Translations under genes and position numbers: made by a program
Part shown: positions 24,726 to 35,084 of the stretch, in pieces
Position numbering within the stretch: position 1 is the first letter of the stretch
Layout: each line of letters starts with the position of its first letter
Notes under the pieces: model-generated
The model's input: only the letters and a program-made list of their open reading frames with translations
What the model was told of the DNA's origin: nothing
Databases searched by the model: none
DNA from: Dimorphilus gyrociliatus
Lineage: Eukaryota; Animalia; Annelida
Direction of reading: 5' to 3'
Assembly (NCBI GenBank): GCA_904063045.1
Contig: CAJFCJ010000006.1
Coordinates: 5,286,408 to 5,350,407 of the forward strand
Length of the DNA: 64,000 bases

Positions 24726-26714
24726 ATGTCCGACAAACTTGTCAAGTTACGTCGCCACTATGGAGTACTACATGGAATTGGTTGTGTTTGCGGTTTAATG
24801 TTTGGTGCTGGTGTGTACATTGCTCCAACTGGTTGGTAGTTTGCGATATGCTATGAAATGGATATGCTATGAAATGTTTTATTTATTTTAAGGTGTTTTA
24901 AGGCAGGTTCGTTCAGGCCCTCTGTCGATTGTAATATGGGGATGTGCAGGATTATTTTCATTTGTGGCGTCACTTATCTATGCGGAATTGGGTACAACAT
25001 ATCCCGTTTCTGGAGAAAAATATGCTTATTTATTAAAAATGTACGGAAGGAAAATAGCTTTCCTGTACCTTTGGACCTATCTCTTTTTGTTCAGATCCTG
25101 TGTTAATGCTGTTAAATGCATAGCTTTTGCTAAATATATTCTTGAACCAATATTCGGTTGTGATAATATGCCACCTTACGCCGATTTTATATTAGCTTTG
25201 TTATTTGGTTGTAAGTAATTTACATCTTCATGAATCCTTTTTATAAGCTAACATCTGAAAAATACAAAGGGGTTCCAGTTATTGCCAACTGTTTTTACGT
25301 AAAATGGGCTGCCAGGGGACAAACGATTATGACATTTATGGGAATTGCAGCAATGTTATCAATAATAGTAACAGCTATTTATAAAGTTGCTTCAACAGGT
25401 TGTACAAAGTTTTAAATTATCTAACTTTACTGCTATTATACTCTATAATAATAATGTAGGGGATTTCGGAGATTTATCAACAGGATTTTCAACTGGCAAT
25501 TATGACATTGAAAGTTTATGCTTTGGATTTTATTCAGCTCTTTGGGCATTATGGGGATTGTAAGTCAAATTAGAATAGTCTTGAATATTCATAAATTATA
25601 TATGCGTCTATCTTTTAAAAACTAACTTTAAAATCAATAGTCCCTTAAACTTTATGATTGACGAATTGAAGAAACCTGAAAGGTGAGTATGGCAATAAAC
25701 GTGTTGATTGTTTTATATATCATTTATATACTTCTTTTAGAAATCTACCAATAATAGCAACCTGTTCAATGATCATTACTATCGTACTATATAGTCTGGT
25801 AAACTTTGCGTATGTTGTTGTCTTAGGAGCAGAGACGGTCGCAAATAATGTTGCAGTTGCATCAGTTAGGAACATTATCTATAATAGTAATAAATATATT
25901 GAATAAAGTGCATATTTAAAGCTTTTCGCAAAGAAAATATGGGGACCAGGGTGGATTTTAATAAATTTATGCATTTCATCAAATATTGCTAGTTCATTTA
26001 ATTCTGGTATTGTTATTGGTTCAAGACTTACACATGCATCAGCGAAAAGAAAAGATTTAGCTGACGCTCTAGGATTAGTGAGTATTAAGTACTTAACACC
26101 TATTACGGCAATTATATTTCAGGTAATTATTAATCTCTTTAAAATATATCATTTCATAGTTTTAATTCATTTTTATCTTCTTCATTCGAAAAGGGAATTT
26201 TAACAACTTTAATGATGCTACTTAAAGATATATTTGTTATTATTAATTTATCTGTATTTACCAATCAAATGTTCGAAATATTGGTGATTATAGGATTAAT
26301 TATAAATAGATTTAAGAAACCAGATATTCCAAGACCTTTTAAGGTAAAAAAAACCTACTTTTTAGGCGATTTTAACCATGTAAAATAATATTACAATACA
26401 CAATATACAGGTTCCAATAATTCTTATTATATGTTTTGCAATAACAATGATTGGTCAAGCACTTTTAAGCGGTTGGAAGAAACCATTACAAACTGTTCTT
26501 GGTTTCGTAATAACAGTTTCAACAGGATTTACATATTATATATTATTTATATATATAGAAAAGAAACCTAAATTTTATATTGATATGAGAAGTATAAAGC
26601 GAATAGTTTATTCATTGATCAATTGAATTTAACTTCATTAAAATCATTACAGGAAAAATTACAATTTTATTACAAAAAACTTTCTACGCTTCAGAAGAAG
26701 ACTTAGTACCTTAA
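24726..26714 (+). CDS. SLC7 heteromeric amino-acid transporter light chain (LAT/y+LAT/b0,+AT-like), multi-exon
   Basis: GAGVYIAP, YAELGT, the extracellular PIFGC cysteine, ELKKPERNLP, RLTHASAKR and IPRPFKVP. The paralogue is not assignable. Confidence 0.85.
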
Positions 26715-26839
26715 ACAAAACTTTTATCTAATCAATAAGAAAATCATGAATGATTAACTCAATTAATAGAAAATTATGTCGATTATCATTGTAAATGATT
26801 TATTGAATACATAAATTTGACAAACATAGTATATATATA

Positions 26840-28056
26840 CAGTGCTCAAACAAAGATTCCGTACAACCGACTTTTTAAGGGCTATCTTGAAGGGTAATCA
26901 ATGGGATTTTTTAGAAAAAATTTGACTACTGTATAGAAAATTTTGTCTAGTTTTATTAGTAATTTTCAGATGTTTTCTACCTCTTCTAGTTTACCAATTA
27001 TTTACATATTTTGGTGAATATGTATAATTCAGTACGAATTTTTTTTGGAAAAGTTAAGCCAATTTTCCGTATATCCCTTATATTTTGTATATTTTGTAAT
27101 TTTTAATTAAATGTACATTTACAAAATTTCAATATTTTAGCTTCAAGCCATTTTTTTGGATACAGTCCAGTCCTCTCTTCAGCAATGAGTTGTGAAGGGT
27201 GATTAAGTCCTTTTTCCATCTCTTGTTCTGTATTTCAACTTTTTCTTGGATACACTTTCACAAAATTTCCTTTTGCTAAACTGTGGCCCATCATACACCA
27301 TATTCTTCAGCATATGCCATACATTCTCTATGGGAGAGAGATCTGGGAGTAAGCTGGCATGGTAAGACTGTGCACTTTCCAGTCTTAAAATATTTTAGCA
27401 CGATTTTGGCCTTGTGTCGACATCCAAACTGAATCTACATTAATCAGAGATGATTAGATAGTCCAAATTTACCTTATTTTCAAACCACCCTCTACAAATT
27501 TCCACTCGCTGAAGTCGATTCTTCTTCTTGAGAGGGGGATGTTAAGGGATTTTTTTAAAATTTCCCTCCCATTTCTTTAAGGGCTTTTTGAATCTTCGTT
27601 TTTGAAACAGTAAAGTTGCATTTAGATGCCAGCTTTGTGCTTGTAACCCTGTGTTTCTTTTTCTTCAGTTTGTTTACTTCTCTCTTCATGAGGGTTCTAT
27701 CTCTAATTGACAGAGATTTTGGTCTCCCAACACCTCCACTCTTTGTATAATTTGTTTTAATAATGTATTGTATGGAAGATTTTGGAATATTAAAAATCTC
27801 CGAAATCTGTCCATAGGATAAGCCTTCTCGAGGCTTCTTTTAATATAAAGTCTTGATTTCTTGACCATAGGCCATTTTTAAAATGTTCTTTTCACATTAG
27901 CCTATTAATATTATACCTTCCTATCATATTCATTGAGTACTTGTTATAAACTACTCATGGATCATATTTTATAGAGGATATACGGAAAATTGGCTTGACT
28001 TTTCCAAAAAAAATTTGTATGAATTATACATATTCACCAAAAGTTTGTTTGTGCTT
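26840..28056 (-). mobile_element. Decayed, internally deleted Tc1/mariner (IS630-like) DNA transposon
   Basis: TA|CAGTG end at 26840; ~74-bp inverted repeats at 27009-27082 and 27970-28042. The minus-strand pseudo-ORF 27875-27129 has an HTH (GLSYGQISEIFNIPKSSIQ), GRPK, IISD*CRF, PAYSPDLSPIENVW and a C-terminal CIQKNG..KY, with stops and a central deletion. Confidence 0.85.
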
Positions 28057-28095
28057 ATATATCTATTCTTAATCCTAACATTAAACTTTCCATAG

Positions 28096-28301
28096 AATGC
28101 GACGGTATAAATACGCATTCTGCTATTGTAAAAGATGTTGTTGACTGCTCTGTAAAATGTCTTGGAATGGAAAATTGTACGGCATTATACATAACTAATG
28201 AATCGAAATTCTATTTGAAATTGGACTGCGATAGCACTGTTTTATCTTCAACTGCTTTTGCAGTGATTTACGAAAGAATTGCTGAAACTAGACTTTCTTA
28301 A
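28096..28301 (+). other. Orphan terminal exon encoding a PAN/Apple-like Cys motif (gene fragment or pseudogene)
   Basis: A pyrimidine-rich acceptor (ttccatag) is followed by 68 open codons: CDGINTHSAIVKDVVDCSVKCLGMENCTALY...LDCD. No upstream exon found. Confidence 0.4.
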
Positions 28302-28469
28302 GTTCTTTGAAAAAATATAAAATGTATGAATGGTCTAATGACATTAGTATGTATGACAGCGCAGGAGGAATGGAAGTGTGTTTGATAACGACAAGCTGAC
28401 ATTCTATTATTAGTATATGATGAAAGAAATTGTCTTAATTGTATTATTTAAATAACAGATAGACAAAGT

Positions 28470-30281
28470 CTATGCATAGTACTTGAATATCTTTAATACG
28501 CCGTCGTCTTGTCCGACGTAGAGATTTCCGTTGATAGGATCCACCGCAAGAGATCGGGGATAAAGGAGACCTGATGATCTTGTTATCAGATGGCACTTGA
28601 ATTCGGCATTAGGCGTAAGAACGACTATTCTATGATTCCAATTATCAGCTAATAAAATATTACCTCTTTGATCTACTGCTACTGAAGCGGGAAACCATAA
28701 TTCTTGATCCTTTGATCCTCTAGAGCCAAATTCGGCAACTATCTCACCATTATTATTCATTATATAAAACTTATCTGTTTTATGATCGGATATAAGTATT
28801 CTCCCAGATTCATCGCAAGCTAAGTACCATGGTCGTTCAAAAGCTTCGTGGCGAAGTACATTCAATCTCTCGCCTTCTTTAGTATAAACGAAAATGCAAT
28901 TCTCCTGAGTGTCGCTGATAAAAACATGTTCAGCCGAAACAGCAACTCCGCAGGGGGAACTTAATTTCGAATTAGCAAAGATACGGCATCCGTAGTCGAC
29001 CGTGGACAATATACATATTCTGTGGGCTTCGCTTTCCGTAACGATCACGTGCCCATTATCAACAAGAGCCAATTGATGCCCTTTATACGCCGAAGTCTTA
29101 ATAACTTTCTTTAGTACGGCTTCTTTATCAAAGACTCTTATATCCTTTGAATCATCAGAAATAAGAAGAATTTCATCATTTGTTGCTACTATACTAGTAA
29201 TCCAACCGCACTTTAATTCAGCAGTTCTCATCAATTGAGCGTAAGGATATGGTTGCTGTTTCAAATCACCTATTGGTTTCTCCAAAGGTGGGTTTAAGGG
29301 TTCAAGAACAAGTAAGTTTTTTTTAGGTTCTTGTAAAGGAGCCTGAAGGAAATTTTTTGCAGTTTCCGATAAACGATCGGATAGAATAACCAATTCATAT
29401 GGATTTGCGAATTCAAGCAATCTCTTTGAAAAGAGGACTGCGTGTTCTAAATGATTTTGCATATCAGATATTCTCTCTCGATAGTCCTTCATTTTCTTGA
29501 ATTCATCAGTTCTTGCAGCCGATAGACGTTCAAGAGCATCTTTCTTCCTCTTATGAACAAGCTGAATGGCCAGATTAGCATCGTTCTCTATACTTTTCTC
29601 AGCTTCGGAACAGAAGAAATCAAAATCAGTTTCGTAAAACTTGGCCCTTTCAATGGAATTCTTAACTAAATCCAGTTTACCAACTAGCTCTTTGTGAGAT
29701 TCTTCACATTTAGTTCTTTCGTCGTCCTCTCTCTTCTCAAGTTCAACGCATTCATGCTCGTGATGCTGGGTTAATCGGCAATCAATACACGCCGGAAGTT
29801 GGCAATACGAACAAAAGAATTTGTAATCTTCATTCGGATGAACGTCACAAGGCGCCCTCGAGGCTCTACAAACCGTTTTGGCGTCTTCCTCCTTCACTTC
29901 TTCCAATAGAACTAATTTATGAAATTTTGTTAATCCTGTAACTGTATGAGCTTGAGTGCACTTTTTACAAAGATTCTCCAAACAATTCAAACATTTAACA
30001 ACAGCTGACGGATGCTGTGAGTCGTTAGAGCAAGCAACGTTATTTGTTATCATCAACTTCTGAATGGTAGAATAGAATAGAACGTCCTCGAAATTGGACA
30101 CTCCTTTGGCGGGAATAGCAACGTTCTTTTCGCAAGTGGGACATTTTAGCCGAACTTGTTGAGAATTTTCCAAATAATTACGTAAACATTTTTCGCAGAA
30201 AATGTGTAGACATGATAAAACTTTTGGTTTTCTAAAAGTCGATTTACAAAGGCCACATTCCTCAATTTTCAACAAATCCAT
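28470..30281 (-). CDS. TRIM-NHL protein (RING, B-box1, B-box2, coiled coil, NHL repeats), intronless
   Basis: 603-aa ORF with a C3HC4 RING (CGLC..SCLHIFCEKC..CPTC), two B-boxes and NHL repeats (PCGVAV, PWYLAC, FPASVAVD, PRSLAVD). No filamin domain is evident. Confidence 0.92.
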   Translation of the reverse strand: MDLLKIEECGLCKSTFRKPKVLSCLHIFCEKCLRNYLENSQQVRLKCPTCEKNVAIPAKGVSNFEDVLFYSTIQKLMITNNVACSNDSQHPSAVVKCLNCLENLCKKCTQAHTVTGLTKFHKLVLLEEVKEEDAKTVCRASRAPCDVHPNEDYKFFCSYCQLPACIDCRLTQHHEHECVELEKREDDERTKCEESHKELVGKLDLVKNSIERAKFYETDFDFFCSEAEKSIENDANLAIQLVHKRKKDALERLSAARTDEFKKMKDYRERISDMQNHLEHAVLFSKRLLEFANPYELVILSDRLSETAKNFLQAPLQEPKKNLLVLEPLNPPLEKPIGDLKQQPYPYAQLMRTAELKCGWITSIVATNDEILLISDDSKDIRVFDKEAVLKKVIKTSAYKGHQLALVDNGHVIVTESEAHRICILSTVDYGCRIFANSKLSSPCGVAVSAEHVFISDTQENCIFVYTKEGERLNVLRHEAFERPWYLACDESGRILISDHKTDKFYIMNNNGEIVAEFGSRGSKDQELWFPASVAVDQRGNILLADNWNHRIVVLTPNAEFKCHLITRSSGLLYPRSLAVDPINGNLYVGQDDGVLKIFKYYA

Positions 30282-30321
30282 GAGGTTTTTTTAAATAAAA
30301 TACTATATTAATAATAAAAAA

Positions 30322-31525
30322 ATGGCGTCGTTGGGAACGGTGAGGGAATCTTATACCGTTTCGGGGGGATTCGGCACGTTCTTTATAGGATGTTTTATTT
30401 TACGTTGGACCTACTGTTAATACTATACATAAACAAAAGATCGTGCAGTCTACCCTTTTAGCTTTTACCCTTATCCTTTCAAACTCTAAGTAAAAGCGAT
30501 AGAGTGTATATTAATTTTAAAGATCAATTTAATTTGATTGACAATAAATGATACCTTTTGTACTTGCTATTTACATAAGAATAATAACGACATCTTGAGT
30601 AATTTACTTAATTAATCTTCACAAATTGGTAATTTATTCAAACTAGGATAAAGATATGGAAAAATGTCAAAGAGATAAATAATATATGAGGAAAAGGTGG
30701 AGAATAATAGGAACTTGAGTTGAACTAATGATTGAATGTTTACAGAGCATGTTGAAATGTATAAGAGATGATTTAATTGGATAAGAATCTGCTCAATTTC
30801 CGGTCTGGGCGTGGTTGACGTCGGATGACGCTCATTCATTTAATTCCATCATTAATCCTCGAATTTATAAGAAAGATGAGATAACTCTCACACTCATGTT
30901 CACATTACACTCACAGAAAGGGTTTAGATAGACTCTTGTATTTATATTTATATAGTAATATGTTTATTTATATAGTATAAAACAATATAATAAGTTTATG
31001 GAGTCATAAAAAAAAATTACCAAATATTTACATAGTTCATCAATCAATATCATTCAAAGGTTAATCTATTCAAGGAATGAGACAAGATAAAAAAAAATAT
31101 TCCCTAATTAAGCTAAATATTCCATCAATAAAACATCTTAAGAAGAATATTCTCTCCATTCGTTGTACTTCTCTACAGCATCTATCAAATTCTTTAATTT
31201 AACTTGATATTCTATATAGATTAATTCCAGAAGGTAGTTCACAATTGATATTTAAACCAGGTGGTATTTTCTTGAACTAAACTATAAGCGAATCTTATAG
31301 CTTTTGGAAAAGGAAGTACGAGAGGGATTCTGTTTATCTGTAATTTAATACGTAATTTTTATTAATAGTATTTTTTTATAACGTAAAAATATCAATAAAT
31401 CTTGTATTGCTACCATATGAATTGTATATTCGAAACTTAACGTCACAGTTAGTGAAAAACATCCACTCTTTGTTGATAAAGTTCACGTAAAGTTCATAAA
31501 CCAAAAGAGCAAAAGAAGAGTTTAA
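30322..31525 (+). other. Candidate unannotated multi-exon gene or pseudogene
   Basis: aaaATGGCG start with a GTGAG donor at 30340. Exons 30786-30921, 31220-31260, 31301-31339 and 31449-31525 are phase-compatible and stop-free; the link between the 5' and 3' parts is unresolved. Confidence 0.4.
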
Positions 31526-31735
31526 AAATGGATTTGACGTACAGTATAGTAGAAGATACATGTAAAAATTGTTTTACTTCCCGGTAGTTAAGTAATAAGT
31601 CACAGATACGAATCAATAACATTAGTTAACATTTTTACAATGTACACAGAAGTATTTATCTCATCTCCTTGAATATTCAGATAACTTTTCTTTTATTTTC
31701 TTTTGTACTGATGTAATTTTCTATTTCTATTTTTG

Positions 31736-33894
31736 CTATAGAGCCACTCGACATCTACTTTTAATAGGTTTATTGCACATAGGACACAGATTTAATCGTT
31801 TAGCGCATTGAAAGCAAGTTGTAAAATGAAAACAAGGGGTGAATATTGTATTTCTATCCCTATCAAAGCATATTGCACATTTTCTTTCCTCTTCCAATCT
31901 CTCTTTTCTTTCTTTTAGCTGTTCAATATCCTTTGATATTGAATCGCTATTATTATCTAAATTTAGTAAATAAAAACAAGTATATAAATATATATTTTAC
32001 TACTTTCTATTTTAAGGAATAACAACCTGATTGTTCTTTTATTTCGTCTTTCGCCGTAGGTTTTTCGGTTAGGTCTTCATCAGATTTTTTAGGTTTCTTT
32101 TTTTTTCGTTTTCTTTTTGCCTTACTTGTTGTAGGACTTGATTGTCCATTTTCCTTACTTAAACCATCAAGTATTGAAGATTCCGTCATCAGAGTCTCCT
32201 CTTGCATTGTATCGAGGAAATTATTTATTAAACTATTCGCGTCAGTAAATATTGTTCCTAAAATGACAATGAATTCGTAATATATCAAACTTGCATTAAA
32301 AGATATATGGTAATACCTTTTTTCCATATGAAAGTTTCAATCATTTCTCTAGTATATCCCATTTTAAGGACATTCTGTACTATATCCGACCCCATATACA
32401 TTCTTACGTCAGACTCGATGCTAGTCTTAATTTGTCCACTTTGTAAAACTCCTTGTTTAACACATCCATCAGTAGTGTCTTTTGGCGGTTGACGAGTTTC
32501 TTTTGGCTCTATAGCATATGAACACGAAGAGTCGTGAAGTGAATGCAAATTATCAATGTCAAGTTCAAGTGAAAATGAACTTCCACAAGAATGGCATTCT
32601 ATCTCGTTAGTCAAACCTAATTGAATAAGGAATGATTTTCATAATTACAAAACTTTGCTTGTTTTTCATTAATACTTTACCATTAAAAAAGAATCCGTTA
32701 GTACTTAATTTAACTATATTAACTTTTGTTGATATTTGATGAAAACTTCTTACTCTGTCGTTTCTGGACTCATACTTCTTTTTGTCAATTTTTCTTCTTT
32801 CCATATTATTTCCTTTCTATTAAGATAAAACAAATTCTTACACAAATAACTAAGGATGTATTCACTTTATTAACTGAGTATTTATTTATGAAATATTGTA
32901 TAAGTGAATTAGTTCCTATCCAGCAGCAACTCATCCATGAAAATATAGGACCTATATAATCTACAAATACATTAACTCGTGCACAAGGAAGATAAATATC
33001 GATATTAGTCTCATAATACGATATTTCGAAACCAAGAGATTTTGAAGCAATAGTTTATAAATCAGCTATATTGTTGACTTCCACACTTTTTAATTTTAGA
33101 TCTTCGAGCTTCATGACTGAAAGAACGAATTTTACAATATGAAATAGGATAATATAGTTTTTCAATTACGCATGCTATAGGTCCTATATGGAATATTAGG
33201 GATGACATTAAGTATTACTACAGCTCAACATTTTATAGCTAAATGATCGCTAATAAAAAAATGACGCTCTTTTCTTAATACAAAAATTTCACCTAACCTT
33301 AACACTGTCTTTTAAACTACCAATAATGAATCCACAATTTGGATAATGTCTTTTATGCTCGAGCATTGGTTCATCACCTTCTCTCCAACTTCTTAGTACA
33401 CCATGACAGAAAGCACACTGTACTCTATCACCAACACCAGTATAAAAGAGTCCTGCTTCGGCTAGTTTCACCTTGTCAACGAATGTTAATACCCAGTTTG
33501 TATATGTCTCTAATCTAGCTTGAAAGTGGGTCATATCCAACACCCCTGTCTCCTGTTCAAGTCTTTTATCTGATTTTGTCACTGTAAAATTGTTATATTT
33601 TTTTGCTTTTGGATGTTCAGTTGGAGGTGGAGAAGTGGAACAATTGACCCACCTAGAAACTGCATTTTCAAAGGCTAGCACGATAGGACAATCTGGTGAT
33701 TCAGCCTTGTGTCGATCTTTTGGGTTATAAGCAGCTAACCAGTTTGATAAAATAAGTCCACAAGCTTGACACTTAACGGTATCGTTACTACCAGTATATT
33801 TAAATCCTGCATTGCTCAGTTCTATCGGTTTTGCTTGATTATGAATAGGCCATGCAGCAAAAGTTCTTAAATTATCAAGCATTCCAATCTTCAT
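31736..33894 (-). CDS. Inhibitor of apoptosis protein (BIR1-BIR2-divergent BIR3-UBA-RING), about 5 exons
   Basis: Two canonical BIRs lie in ORF 33289-33894. BIR3 is split at NG|LTNEIECHSC, followed by a UBA (VQNVLKMGYTRE...ANSLINNFL) and a terminal RING CAICFD..PCFHFTTCFQC..CPMC ending at TAG 31738-31736. Confidence 0.88.
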
Positions 33895-35084
33895 CTATGT
33901 ATTGGTTATTTTATTTCAGAAGTTTTCAAACGGTTTTTGTTTTATTTATATGAAAGCCAACGTGGTTAACCATGATGGTTTTTTCTGATAAATATCTTTT
34001 AGGAAATTCTTATTATCGCTCAATATATATATAAGAGATATATATTTTAAAATTAAATATTAGTATAAATACAAGTATAAAATTATTAAATATTTATAAT
34101 TAAAGTATTATATTTTTAAAAAGTAAATACGACATTTTTTAAATATTTTTATTGATCGATAATAGAGTAGATGTCTAAAGACGTAATAACATTTTATTTT
34201 AACAATAACGTTATCCACAACCAGTTTCTTAGTCTAATTCACCATATGATATTGATTTTAAATAACCATTAAACAGCGGTTTGGTTATTATTATCATTAT
34301 GTAAGAGCATAGTAACTTTGAATGACCATGGTTTAAAAGATAATGAGATAAAAAAGTATATTTAATATCTGATTTAGTAAACCCACTTACGAAACGAAAC
34401 ATATCAACCCATGAATAAAACTGTAACAAACAAAAAAAAAGATGAGTAAAGTATCCAGTTGTCGTCCATTAATCAAAAGCCACAGAACAGGATGTAAAGT
34501 GAAGTGGCCATGAGAAAATGAGTGAGATAATGATTCTCTCTTTATACATCTAGTATATATAAATATATACTGTATATTGGTGGAATAGTAAAAAATGAAT
34601 AGAAGAAGTATAAGAGGAGGGATATGTATCTTTATAGTTGAAAATGTGTATGTTTATATGTGAAATTTAAGCGATAATTCACATTTGTTATAAGTATATG
34701 GAAATAATAATAATAATAAATTAAGTAATTGCGTAAACGTTTACACCTTCTACTTGAACTTAATACTTTATTAAAGAAAACGTTCGATAAGCCTCAGTGA
34801 AAGAATAACGTAGACGAAAAGATTAAAGACGGGGCCCTATCCAATTAATCGATCACCATATCAACACTAAACAAGGCTTATTTATTTCACCCTCATAGTT
34901 AAATACTTAACTTATTGGGATATTGGTTGGCAAAGATCTGTGCCTTATCCTTTCCGCTTTCCAGCATTTTTTTTATTACTCTTCCGTGAGTAAAAGCGTG
35001 ACTAGCTCTTACTCATACTACCGCCAATCAGCGTTCACCGAAGTATTCGCCTCTGCAACACAGCAACGCGAACATTGATTGGAA

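Noticed and set aside
34229-34429. 66-aa minus-strand ORF upstream of the IAP
   Set aside because: It uses a non-ATG start that looks like an acceptor region, has no motif, and no upstream exon was found.
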